The translations under genes were made by a program, and so were the position numbers. A stretch of DNA of 62,959 nucleotides, the filler included, from Guillardia theta CCMP2712 (Eukaryota; Protista; Cryptophyta), in NCBI RefSeq assembly GCF_000315625.1. It is 7 parts of 7 records of this genome, joined end to end, with 100 filler letters (N's around TTAATTAATTAA, not from the genome) between each part and the next. Parts side by side here need not be neighbours in the genome. Positions count along the whole stretch, not along the records: positions 42,157 to 49,057 come from NW_005434223.1; positions 49,158 to 53,687 come from NW_005434166.1; positions 53,788 to 62,959 come from NW_005434257.1; 4 more parts are not named here. One strand, given 5' to 3'. Shown here in pieces: positions 48,309 through 59,056 of the stretch (its first letter is position 1; the number at the start of each line of letters is the position of its first letter). A model generated the notes under the pieces. It saw only the letters and a list, made by a program, of their open reading frames with translations, was not told the origin of the DNA and did not search any database.

Positions 48309-48896
48309 TTTCCTTCTCCTTCGTCCTCCTTGTCCTCGTCCTTTTCCTTCTCCTTCGTCCTCCTTGTCCTTGTCATAGTCCTTGTCCTCGTCCTCCTCTT
48401 GCTCACTGCTCCTCCTCGTCCTCCTCGTCCTCCTCGTCCTCCTCGTCCTCCTCTCTCCCCCGCGTCCTTATCCTCCTCTTCTCTTTCCTGGTCCTCTTTC
48501 TCTCCCATTCTTCTTCTCCTCCTCCTCGCCTCCTCACCTTCAGACCAAAGTTCAACTCTTCCAGATTCACCGAGCCAGATTCATCGAGATCCATCTTCTG
48601 CTCCCCTGAGTCAGTACCCAGCAGGTACCCACCAGCTCTAGAGCTGCCGACAGCCCCCCAGCAGGTACCCACCAGCTCTAGAGCTGCCGACAGTACCCAG
48701 CAGGTACCCACCAGCTCTAGAGCTGCCGACAGTACCCAGCAGGTACCCACCAGCTCTAGAGCTATCTTACGGCTTCTCACCTGGTACAGCTGGAAGATCT
48801 TCAGCGAGAGCTCCTCGAGGGTCGAAAAGTCCATCAGGCTTGTCACCAGCGGGTCCAGAGGCCCTCGAGCCCTGAAGGACTTGACAAGCCCCATCT
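46683..48896 (-). CDS. EF-hand-containing protein C-terminal half (possibly the tail of an ion-channel-like protein), multi-exon, partial
   Basis: GPLDPLVTSLMDFSTLEELSLKIFQLYQ | MDLDESGSVNLEELNFGLK | LTEEEFDAIT..GELGPEEFETMIL | long exon 47820-46683. Channel assignment is inference only. Confidence 0.55.
48612..48763. repeat. Intronic 39-40-bp minisatellite x ~4
   Basis: CAGTACCCAGCAGGTACCCACCAGCTCTAGAGCTGCCGA; contains palindrome AGCTCTAGAGCT. Confidence 0.9.
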
Positions 48897-49057
48897 GCCA
48901 GCGACTTCAGCCAGAGCGCTGCTACTGCTGCTGCTACTGCTGCTGCTACTGCTGCTGCTGCTGCCGCTGCTGCTGCTGCTGCTGCTGCTGCCGCTGCTGC
49001 CGCTGCTGCTGCTCTTCGTCCCGTCCTTCGTCCCGTCTTCGTCCTTCGTCCTCTCGT

Positions 49058-49157
49058 NNNNNNNNNNNNNNNNNNNNNNNNNNNNNNNNNNNNNNNNNNN
49101 NTTAATTAATTAANNNNNNNNNNNNNNNNNNNNNNNNNNNNNNNNNNNNNNNNNNNN
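49058..49157. other. Artificial contig-join linker
   Basis: N44-TTAATTAATTAA-N44. Confidence 0.97.
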
Positions 49158-50030
49158 CGGTCGTTCAGCTTCGAGTTAGCAAGGAATCAAGCGAGGGCGC
49201 GGCAAACGGCGCCACACGTCGCTGACGACATGGCAGCACGGAGCGATCCGAACAAAAAGCCTCAACTTTTACACGACCGGGTCTGGAGATACGACTGATG
49301 ACCGGTACATTGTAAAAAAAATGGTGAAAACTATTAAAACCTTTGTAATTTCGCTACTCCCCGAGTATAACGACATATAATGTCGAGGCTGACAATTAAA
49401 ATGTTTTAAACTTTCCGTAAAATTGTTGTAAAGCTGTGGTGTAATCACGATGTCACGTTATCTCCGGCCAGGCCATGGCAGCTGTCCGTAAAATTCGAGT
49501 TTTTTGGGGCACATGGGACATGGTCGCTAGGGGTACTATTCTCAGGTAATATGAGGGTTACTGGTCCTAGGGGTGGTCCAGTTCCCCAATTCCATTTTTA
49601 TTTTTTTGTTTCCGCTGGCTCCCCCCGTCCCCCCGACGCCACTTTTCCCCACGCCCCCACTCCCCTTGCAGGTTCCCTTTGCATCTCCTCGTCCTGCTCC
49701 TCGTCATCCTCCACTTGCCTCCACCTCATTCCTCCTCCCTCTACTCTCTTCCAAACTTGTTTGTTCGCTCTCTGTCGTGGATCGGCCTCCACTTGCCTCT
49801 CTGACCCTCTGCGACTCTCTGACTTGTCCGTGCTGGTGCCGTGTGTCGTTCAATGTGTTGAGTTGGTACGCAGTGCACGAGTAAGAGCAAGGGCTGCCCA
49901 CCGAAAGAGACCGTTTGGAGGGATAAACGCGCTTTGGTTGCAAAGAAACGTTCGGAATCACAACAAACATCAGGTCGGCAACCCGCCAAGCAAAGGCTGG
50001 CTCAAAGCATCCTCACACGAATTTATACGT

Positions 50031-50762
50031 ATGCAAACCATGGTGGCAGAGACTATGAGACTGAACGAAGGCTCACTTGAAGACGCCATCGCCTCACTCT
50101 TTCCCGAGGACGCCCCGCTGAAATTTCCTGTCCTATCACCTTGGAATGCAGCTGCCCAGGACGGCGACTGGCTTGTCACCATCCCAGCACAGTTTCTCAC
50201 TTCAGAAAGTTGCAACGAGATCACATTGTCTTTGTCTAAGCACGCTAATAACACTGAAAGTACTCATGAAACTGCAAAGGAGCCAAGCACAGGTCGGATG
50301 CTCTCGAAAACAGAACTCATAGCTCTTCCAACATCTGCAGGCAGTGTGGGGCCGATTTCTTCCGAGAGCGAACATCAGGAATCAAACACGGACGGAGACT
50401 CGGCCAGCAGCGTGTCCTCTGCAAGCCCAAGCCCCGACTGCCTCCTTGCCCCTCCTTCTCAAGACGCTTTCGTCTCATCACCGCCACCGCCCGCAGCAAA
50501 TGGCGGGTCTCGAAAGTCCAAGGCATCGTCGAGCAACTACCAGTGGAGCAGGGAGGAGCACAGGAGGTTTGTCGACGCGTTGGAGAAGCTGTCGCCTCTG
50601 AGGCAGATGCTTGCGAGCCATGGGAGGGTGACGATAGGGCTGGGGCACGGGCTAGCGGAGATGATATCGAAGGCTGTAGGGACGCGGTCGATCTCGCAGG
50701 TGCGGTCGCATGCGCAGAAGTACTTCCAACGGATCAACAGGGAGCGAGGGTATGAAAATTGA
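50031..50762 (+). CDS. SHAQKYF-class single-repeat Myb transcription factor, copy 1
   Basis: WSREEHRRFVDALEK...VGTRSISQVRSHAQKYF. Start chosen by alignment to copy 2; the ORF is open from 49551. Confidence 0.88.
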   Translation: MQTMVAETMRLNEGSLEDAIASLFPEDAPLKFPVLSPWNAAAQDGDWLVTIPAQFLTSESCNEITLSLSKHANNTESTHETAKEPSTGRMLSKTELIALPTSAGSVGPISSESEHQESNTDGDSASSVSSASPSPDCLLAPPSQDAFVSSPPPPAANGGSRKSKASSSNYQWSREEHRRFVDALEKLSPLRQMLASHGRVTIGLGHGLAEMISKAVGTRSISQVRSHAQKYFQRINRERGYEN

Positions 50763-51774
50763 TGGTAATCTTCCAGTGCTTGCAAGTTATCGGAGGTCAA
50801 GCCTTTGTATCCGGCCGTTATCAAAATATTCACATACTCAAAATATTCAGAAGACATGCAACAGTCAATATTGCTCGTGTGTGACTGTTTGGCGTATGTT
50901 TTTCCTTTCGTGTATTTTAGCAAAGTTGACACGATAAAAAGCCTGATCGGACTCAAAGTAGAACTCCCAACTCTGAGTGTACTCTAGTACAGGCGCGGCC
51001 GGCTCCACCGAATGACCCTGGATCAGACTGCCGGTTACTTGAACCATGCCATGATGATGTCCACGGAAGTGATCGAGTGATCGTACGTGACGGTATCACC
51101 GCTGTCCGGAGTGCCACTGGCTAGTATAGTATGGTTGTCACTGCCAGACAGCGATGAGTAGTTCCTTGTACGGTAGTAGCACTCAGTGACTCACGGTGAC
51201 GGCGCCGCGCGTGGCGCCGCGCATCGGCGGCGGAGAGTCCGAGGGCCGAGGAGGCTGAGCGGCCCACCGTCACCGTGACGGCCGGGCCGGGCGCTGGGCA
51301 CACAGCACTTGGCTCAGCCTGCCGAGACTCAGAGGTCACCCGCCGCCGTCGCGGCGCACCGTGGCACCGTGACGGTGACTGCCGCAGCCTGGCAGTGAGC
51401 GGCGCCGCGACCGTTCGACTGAACTTGGCAACTTGGCAACCCGGTTGAACGGCGTGCGGACGGTGCCAAGGTGCCGCGCCGGTGCAGTGCCGGGCAACTC
51501 ACAGCCTATGTGACGGTCAACTTCAGAGTTCGGGTTTGCCGAGCTTGCGGGTAATGCCGTGACAACCAGACAGCAAACGGTTCCGTCTCCGACCGTCAGA
51601 CTCGGGCAACCTCGTGTAGCCGAAATGAAAAGACTTGATTTCGATTGATCAGCTGAAGGCCATAAAATCTTTAAAAATTGAGTTATTAACACTGATCAAC
51701 GCAGCGAAGCCCGAAGGAGGCAGGTACCACTACAGTAAAGCGCGAAATCCCGGTACAGAGCACGCAGCGGTCCC

Positions 51775-52446
51775 ATGCTCTTCGCAACGAGGATGCCTCA
51801 GCTGTCCAAGGAGGCAAATGAACGTGATCTCGAAGACGCCATCGCCTCACTCTTCCCCGAGGATGGCTCTTTCAAGCCTCCGGCTAAAACAGCTTGGCAT
51901 GCAGCTTATGCTGCCGCAACAACATCAGACGGCGACTGGCTCCTCACCATCCCAGCACAGTTCCTGACCTCAGACAATGAGACCCTGACAGAACGAAATG
52001 ATCTCTATCACTATTCTACTTTTGAGGATACACGTTCAGATGCGGAAGGCCCTCTTTCTGACTACACAGACGACTGCTCGCAAGACGGAGACTCGGCCAG
52101 CAGCGTGTCCTCTGCAAGCCCCGACTGCCTCCTTGCCCCTCCTTCTCAAGACGCTTTCGTCTCATCACCGCCACCGCCCGCAGCAAATGGCAGGTCTCGA
52201 AAGTCCAAGGCATCGTCGAGCAACTACCAGTGGAGCAGGGAGGAGCACAGGAGGTTTGTCGACGCGCTGGAGAAGCTGTCGCCTCTGAGGCAGATGCTTG
52301 CGAGCCATGGGAGGGTGACGATAGGGCTGGGGCACGGGCTAGCGGAGATGATATCGAAGGCTGTAGGGACGCGGTCGATCTCGCAGGTGCGGTCGCATGC
52401 GCAGAAGTACTTCCAACGGATCAACAGGGAGCGAGGGTATGACTGA
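51775..52446 (+). CDS. SHAQKYF-class single-repeat Myb transcription factor, copy 2
   Basis: Same Myb domain; shares LEDAIASLFPED and DGDWLxTIPAQFLTS with copy 1. Confidence 0.88.
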   Translation: MLFATRMPQLSKEANERDLEDAIASLFPEDGSFKPPAKTAWHAAYAAATTSDGDWLLTIPAQFLTSDNETLTERNDLYHYSTFEDTRSDAEGPLSDYTDDCSQDGDSASSVSSASPDCLLAPPSQDAFVSSPPPPAANGRSRKSKASSSNYQWSREEHRRFVDALEKLSPLRQMLASHGRVTIGLGHGLAEMISKAVGTRSISQVRSHAQKYFQRINRERGYD

Positions 52447-53687
52447 CATTGATCACCGGACTGGAGACTGCTTCTGATTTCTGTACTACATTCATGTATT
52501 TCTTCTCCTTTTTGGCTTTTTACTACCTTGTTTGATAATCTGTCACTTGAGTACAGTATGATCCTTCGAACCGTCTCAGTGACAGTGATGCAGCGCCAAC
52601 TTGAAGTGAATCACTGTAGCACTACTCAAACTGCAAGCCCTCTGAGTCTTTTTCAAATTTTTTGCTATCAGATGATTACTGTATATGATAAAAACAATGC
52701 TGTTGTACTATTATCTTTCGAGCAGTGTCACATGCCAGCTTCAGCTTGTTGGCACAGCCGGGCGGCCGCATCATGGCATGACAGTGAAGTTGAACTAAGT
52801 TCCGAGGCTTCACACAGTCTCAAGTACCACGCGACGGTCTCAAGTCCGTTCAATGCGGCTGGCAGATTCACCAGGGTCGCCTAACGCGAGAGCGAAATCC
52901 AATTTTCAGGGTCTGTCGCAGTAACATCTCAAGATTTCGATTCCGAGCCAATCCCCGGGCCCTCAGTCCGTCGCGTCACGACTCGGAGTCGACTCCCGGA
53001 GACTCAGCCGCACCAGTGGATGACAGACTGGCGGACTCAGTTCAAGTTGACGGCTGAGCCGCTGAGCCTCAGACTCCCCGGCGGGGCCGGGCACCGCCAC
53101 GCGGGCCGCCGGGGCCCGGCATGTGGCCAGGGCCTGAAGACGGTACGGAAACGGTGACTCACAGCCTGCCGTGACGCCGCCGCGCAGTGCCAGTAACCGC
53201 TCAACTGACCGTACTTGGTTACTGAGTCGGAGGGGGCGGCCCGGTCGGACTCAGTGACTCAGTCGCCGCGGCCGCTACCGACGTGCCAGTCGCCGGCCGG
53301 GACCGCCGCGGGCCGGGCCGGGCCTGTGACGGTCGGACGGACTCGCGGGCGCCACCGGCCCCCCCCCCCGGGGCCGGGGGCCACTGCGCGCGGAGGTCAC
53401 CTGAGTCCGTACGGTCAGTGCCCGCCCGGGCCTAGCCTAGTATGATTGAAACCTGACCGTAAACTTGAACTTGACAAGTTACACCGGCGGGCCGATCGGA
53501 CCGTTCACTCAGATCGGAACCCGGCGACGGCGTCTACGGCCGGCCCGGCCGTTGAAGTCACTAGTACTGCCCCCCCCCCGGGCCGCCGGGCCCCGGTCCG
53601 ATCAATCATTGAGTGGGCGCCCCGCGGCCGCAGTGCCCGACGGCCGCGTGCCGCGGGGCGGCATACGCCGGTACTGACGGCCGTGAC

Positions 53688-53787
53688 NNNNNNNNNNNNN
53701 NNNNNNNNNNNNNNNNNNNNNNNNNNNNNNNTTAATTAATTAANNNNNNNNNNNNNNNNNNNNNNNNNNNNNNNNNNNNNNNNNNNN
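53688..53787. other. Artificial contig-join linker
   Basis: N44-TTAATTAATTAA-N44. Confidence 0.97.
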
Positions 53788-54820
53788 TCTCCTCCTCCAT
53801 GCTCCAAGCTGCTTCTTGCTCAGGCTCCCAGATCCTTCTCCATCCATCTTTTACCTACNNNNNNNNNNNNNNNNNNNNNNNNNNNNNNNNNNNNNNNNNN
53901 NNNNNNNNNNNNNNNNNNNNNNNNNNNNNNNNNNNNNNNNNNNNNNNNNNNNNNNNNNNNNNNNNNNNNNNNNNNNNNNNNNNNNNNNNNNNNNNNNNNN
54001 NNNNNNNNNNNNNNNNNNNNNNNNNNNNNNNNNNNNNNNNNNNNNNNNNNNNNNNNNNNNNNNNNNNNNNNNNNNNNNNNNNNNNNNNNNNNNNNNNNNN
54101 NNNNNNNNNNNNNNNNNNNNNNNNNNNNNNNNNNNNNNNNNNNNNNNNNNNNNNNNNNNNNNNNNNNNNNNNNTTGATTTGGCGCCATATCACCTGAGAG
54201 CTCTTGAGATTTCATTTGCATGCATGTTCATTTCAATTCTCATATTGACCATATGATCTTCTTTCATTTGCCTTTCCCATCAATCATCTCTTCATTTTCA
54301 TTTTCTCAATTTCTCAACGGCCGATTTTTCATCAATTTCAATTCTCATTTCAATTCTTGCGATCATAGGTCTTGTATCTTGCGATCATGATGGAAGGCTT
54401 CACATCCTAACCTGCTTGACTTGACCTAGAGTTCCTTGAACAGTCTTCGGGAGAAGAAGCTTGATACCACGCCACGCCAATCATCTGATTCTACTTCTCA
54501 ATATCAAACCTTCCTGCCAAGGTTCTCCCTCCCTGAATCAGAGATTGGTGTAGGCGATTGCTCGTTGATACCAGCTGTACGATGAACCCCATTGTATTCA
54601 AGCTGGGATGAATCCCACTGAAGTTCAAAGTTGCTCCCAAAGCGCTGTCTCCAGGCAGTCTCTACAACTACAGTCAGCACACAGTTGCGACAGAAATCAT
54701 ACTGCGTTGATTCTGTAGAAAATCTTTCCCCCCATGTCCTGCAACTGCGCCTCCCATGGCTGACTTCACTCCACTCAACCAGCATGAACTCCACCCTTCG
54801 CGTACTACATGTCAAGATGC

Positions 54821-56470
54821 TCACAGAATGCCATCGTTCTCATTAGGATGAGAGTCATCACTGTAGCATACCCCTTGAGCGTTGAAATCTTCTCCAAATA
54901 GAAACGAACCAATTGCTTTCCACCTCGTAAACGGCAGAATTTTCGTGAACAGGTCCGCAGGCTGAAACTTAGTAGAAACTTTCACAGGAAGTAATTCTCC
55001 CTCATCCACCATGAGAACAGCAAACTTAGCACGTAAGTCGATGTGCTTCAGTCTAGAATATGCTCGTTTCTCGGTCAACAAACGAATACACGGCTCATTA
55101 TCCAGCAGGAGCATCGTCGGACGTTGCTGACAAAACCCTAACTGTTGAAGTAAGCTTCGATACATCTTGATATGCTTGGCGACTACCGATGTCGCATAGA
55201 TTTCTGCCTCTGACGATGAAAGTGATATGACTTTCTGCGCTTTCGAACCATATGAAATAACTCCTCCGTTCATTACGATAGCCCATCCGGACTGACTTCG
55301 TCGCGTCAAGACATCCGTCCCCCAGTCACTATCACTCGCAGCTACGAGTTCATTGTGAAACACCTCCTGATTAACAGATACACCTCTCTGATGGTAAACA
55401 ATACAAATATCTCTCGTCGTGTACAGATACCTCGCCAAGTGAACCAATGCATCCCAGTCACGCACTCTGGGTGCCCGTGCAAATCTGCTTAAGAGACTGA
55501 CCGCGAAGGAAATGTCAGCTCTTGTCCCATTAGCAACGTACAAGATTGTTCCAAGAAGAGCCTGATATTGTCTCACCGAGAACTTATCCAACAATTCTCC
55601 CTCTAGATGATAACTCCGCATGTACACTCCAGGCAAGATAGTAAACACTGAACGAAGAGCTATTCCAAATTTCTCAACCAGCTGTTCAATAAAATGCTTC
55701 TGACTCAAGGTAATAGTTCCTTTCGTCAAATCTTGGTGAACACGAATACCCAGGAATGTACCTGTAGCTTCACTACCAGAAAAGTCGAATACCTTGCTCA
55801 AGCAGTCCAAAAAATAATTACAGATTTCTTGATTCTCACATACCAGAAGAAGATCATCCACCCATGTCGTGATGAGAATTCTTGAGCCGTTGTGTTCATA
55901 TCTGTAAATGATTTCATCATGGCCAACAGGTTCCGCGCCCAGACGCAGGAATTCTCGAGACAGCTTTTCCCACCATCGTCGCGGAGCCGTTCGCGTCCCA
56001 TATATCGCTTTGGTTACTTTGAGCAAAACATTCGGAGGCAAAGCCATGATGTCAGGCGGTATCATGAACATCGGTTCGTTCAATTCACTGTATAGGAACG
56101 CGGCCGCGATATCTCGGAAGGCGATAATCCATCCATTTCCTGCCGCTATGCTGAGTAACAACCGAATGTTATCCATCGACGTCGTCGGCGCAAACAACTC
56201 CTCGGACGTGGGTAAAAGATTGCCCATCACAACCAACCTTGCTTTTCTCTTCAGAATGTTGCCATGTAAATCTTTCTTTGAGGAATAAACCCACATCGCT
56301 CTCGCAAGTATTTTGCCTCGTGTTTCATCAGACCTCGGGACCACTTCCCAAACTCGCCTTTCTTCCATCTTCTGAATCTCAGCTCGTTCAGCTGCCTCCC
56401 ACAATTCTCTATCCTTGTGCAACAACATCTCCCTTCGATTGCGAGGATCTGCCGTCGAACTCGAGTCTTG
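54821..56470 (-). CDS. Copia reverse transcriptase (RVT_2) + RNase H
   Basis: KARLVVMG, RDIAAAFLY, KAIYG, WVDD, ASDSDWG, SSSEAE, KHIDLR, PADLFTK. Confidence 0.93.
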   Translation of the reverse strand, partial: QDSSSTADPRNRREMLLHKDRELWEAAERAEIQKMEERRVWEVVPRSDETRGKILARAMWVYSSKKDLHGNILKRKARLVVMGNLLPTSEELFAPTTSMDNIRLLLSIAAGNGWIIAFRDIAAAFLYSELNEPMFMIPPDIMALPPNVLLKVTKAIYGTRTAPRRWWEKLSREFLRLGAEPVGHDEIIYRYEHNGSRILITTWVDDLLLVCENQEICNYFLDCLSKVFDFSGSEATGTFLGIRVHQDLTKGTITLSQKHFIEQLVEKFGIALRSVFTILPGVYMRSYHLEGELLDKFSVRQYQALLGTILYVANGTRADISFAVSLLSRFARAPRVRDWDALVHLARYLYTTRDICIVYHQRGVSVNQEVFHNELVAASDSDWGTDVLTRRSQSGWAIVMNGGVISYGSKAQKVISLSSSEAEIYATSVVAKHIKMYRSLLQQLGFCQQRPTMLLLDNEPCIRLLTEKRAYSRLKHIDLRAKFAVLMVDEGELLPVKVSTKFQPADLFTKILPFTRWKAIGSFLFGEDFNAQGVCYSDDSHPNENDGIL

Positions 56471-59056
56471 TCACAGTACTGATGGCGGAGCTCGCGACAG
56501 AAATGCTGCAGAGAGTTTGACAGCTTCCCATACAGGAACAACTAGCGCCATGTTGGTGACAAGCATACGAGAGTCTGGAAAACATTGTGTCAACTCACTT
56601 GGACCAAGATCAATACAGTCTGGATCACGAGCAACATCAATGTCATCCCCTGGCTCCATGAGTGGAACCACATCATTCCACCGTTCCCGTCTCAATGGTA
56701 TCCATCGTGCAGAGTGCTGAGAAGTAGTCGAACGATTACCCTCGTCCAATACGAACAGTACCTCTTTTCCATCGCCGTTGAGCACCTTTCCAGGTACCAG
56801 CTGAGATGACAGAGGAGACTTCCTGTGCATAAGAAAGACATCGGGATTTCCTCGAACTGTCTTTTCCACCAGCTGCGAAAGGATGTTATCCCCCTTTTGA
56901 GGAAACGCTCGAAAGTAATAATCGTTACACCCTGTCAACTCGAAGACATTCTTCGGCAAAACTCCTGATTGTAGCTCATCCCCAGGCAACAACTCAGATG
57001 TCTCTGCCTCCGACATAGCAATCATGGTAACTTCCTTCCCCATAGACAAAATCCGTACGTTCTCACTGTCCGGATGGATTAATATCCAGTACTTGTCGTC
57101 AAACGTAACACGCACCAAGAATGTATCATCTTTGAAGACAACTTGAGTAATCGTCCCCGTTCGAACCTTCCCATCATCCATTACAACTTCAGCCCGCCTG
57201 TTGATGAAGCGGTTTTCGGCATCCCGTCTCTGCTTACGAAAGTCTCGTCTGGTACGACATGTTTTGGTCGACGACGCTGCCTCTGTATCCGTATGATCCG
57301 CATCCTCTCGACCACCGTCAACCATCACTGTAGGCACATAATCTTCATCGCTGTCCTGGCACACCATCTCAGCAGCCCTTACTCCCTCATCATCCGACTC
57401 CAGTGAATGATCCTCCAACCGTGTTCTCTTTCGACGACCACTAGTCCGAGCATTCACTGCCTCTGACCGTTCATCTTCAACACCCTTGACAGGCGAATCA
57501 TCCTCCATGTCAATATCGTGCTTTACCACCACTTCAGGATCCTCTTGCCAATTCATCCGTCCCGCACGTCGAAATGGAAAGAAGAATTCATCACAGGTCA
57601 GATTATTCGTGTGATAGATTTTGTTGTCGTCAACACACCATACCAAGTAGCCAATGGTATGCCCAGGAAAAGCGTTTGCATTTCCGAGCATAATGCCCTG
57701 TTTAGCTGGATCTTCAATCTTCGAACTGCGTACATTATTCTTGAAGAATGTCATACACCCAAAGGTCTTGAGAGATTTGAAGTCGAAAACATCTCCATTA
57801 TAGATTGTATACGGAGAAAGATTGCCGAAATTCCTGAAACTCGGGAGAGCATTGTACAGGTACGTAGCCTGCATAACAGAAAATTCCCATTTCTCGATAG
57901 GCAAAGCACTCTGTTTGAGCAAAGTTCTGTGGATAGTACTGACTGTCGCTAGCTGCGGTGTCTTCATGCATCTTCTCGNNNNNNNNNNNNNNNNNNNNNN
58001 NNNNNNNNNNNNNNNNNNNNNNNNNNNNNNNNNNNNNNNNNNNNNNNNNNNNNNNNNNNNNNNNNNNNNNNNNNNNNNGAAGTCGAAAACATCTCCATTA
58101 TAGATTGTATACGGAGAAAGATTGCCGAAATTCCTGAAACTCGGGAGAGCATTGTACAGGTACGTAGCCTGCATAACAGAAAATTCCGATTTCGCGATAG
58201 GCAAAGCACTCTGTTTGAGCAAAGTTCTGTGGATAGTACTGACTGCTCGAATTCCTCTCTCAGCCAGCGAATTGTAAACTTGACTGTAATCAGGAATCCG
58301 ATCCCACTTCAAACCCGTCTCACGAACGAATGCCTCCAACTCTGAAGAAGAAAACTCACTGCCGTTATCAGATATGATGCGTTGAACTCCGTTTCTCTTG
58401 ACACTTTTCTCCTCCTGTCGAAGTAACTCCATCAGAATATCACTCGTTTGACTCTTGGACTTCATGGGACGCACAATCAGGTATCCGGAAAAAGCGTCGA
58501 CAACTATAAGAAAGTAACGATAACCCGATGGTTCAGAGACTGCAATCATATCTTTCAAGTCTACATACCACAGAGCATTTACATCTCCAACACGTTCCTG
58601 TCGAAATGAGGTTTGTTTGTGAACAGGGCGTGACACAAATTTCGAAATCCTACACACGTGACACGGAGAATGAATCAACCGCCTATTGAATGTGATGTAT
58701 TTGACCGTATCCGCAAGCAACTTCTGTACTCGACAATCAGGGTGCCCCGTTTTCATGTGCCACAGAACCGCATCAGATAGACTCTGTGTTGACTTCCCAT
58801 CGAAAGAAGGTCCAGGAGTGACATGTGCTTTAGTCAAACAGACTGTTCCAGCCTCCGCTGAAACACAAAAGATTGGCACATCACCTGCCACAGAATCATG
58901 CATCGGACCTCTGGTTGTCAACAGATACAACTTGTCCCGCTGAATCAGAGGAATCCTGATCTTGCCATCCTCCGAAGCCACATAGGATTTGACCGTGTTC
59001 TTCGACCCCCGTCCAACAATGTAATACTTGGATCCCAGAAAATCATCCAGACTCAC
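56471..59056 (-). CDS. Copia integrase (HHCC, DDE core, SH3-like, extra Tudor-like module); spans a gap
   Basis: LWHMKTGH..CHVC; WYVDLKD; ISDNGSEF; NSLAER; KTFGC. Confidence 0.9.
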   Translation of the reverse strand: MSLDDFLGSKYYIVGRGSKNTVKSYVASEDGKIRIPLIQRDKLYLLTTRGPMHDSVAGDVPIFCVSAEAGTVCLTKAHVTPGPSFDGKSTQSLSDAVLWHMKTGHPDCRVQKLLADTVKYITFNRRLIHSPCHVCRISKFVSRPVHKQTSFRQERVGDVNALWYVDLKDMIAVSEPSGYRYFLIVVDAFSGYLIVRPMKSKSQTSDILMELLRQEEKSVKRNGVQRIISDNGSEFSSSELEAFVRETGLKWDRIPDYSQVYNSLAERGIRAVSTIHRTLLKQSALPIAKSEFSVMQATYLYNALPSFRNFGNLSPYTIYNGDVFDFXXXXXXXXXXXXXXXXXXXXXXXXXXXXXXXXXXRRCMKTPQLATVSTIHRTLLKQSALPIEKWEFSVMQATYLYNALPSFRNFGNLSPYTIYNGDVFDFKSLKTFGCMTFFKNNVRSSKIEDPAKQGIMLGNANAFPGHTIGYLVWCVDDNKIYHTNNLTCDEFFFPFRRAGRMNWQEDPEVVVKHDIDMEDDSPVKGVEDERSEAVNARTSGRRKRTRLEDHSLESDDEGVRAAEMVCQDSDEDYVPTVMVDGGREDADHTDTEAASSTKTCRTRRDFRKQRRDAENRFINRRAEVVMDDGKVRTGTITQVVFKDDTFLVRVTFDDKYWILIHPDSENVRILSMGKEVTMIAMSEAETSELLPGDELQSGVLPKNVFELTGCNDYYFRAFPQKGDNILSQLVEKTVRGNPDVFLMHRKSPLSSQLVPGKVLNGDGKEVLFVLDEGNRSTTSQHSARWIPLRRERWNDVVPLMEPGDDIDVARDPDCIDLGPSELTQCFPDSRMLVTNMALVVPVWEAVKLSAAFLSRAPPSVL

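Noticed and set aside
49551-50030. N-terminal 160-aa extension of Myb copy 1
   Set aside because: Low-complexity, promoter-like sequence with no counterpart in copy 2.
12927-53787. Six TTAATTAATTAA palindromes inside N runs
   Set aside because: Identical 100-nt artificial concatenation linkers. They also make any gene neighbourhood across them (e.g. 2OG oxygenase next to the viral contig) meaningless.
57779-58247. ~170-bp direct repeat inside the integrase on both sides of an N gap
   Set aside because: Unmerged contig overlap across a 100-N gap, with low-quality ends; assembly artefact.
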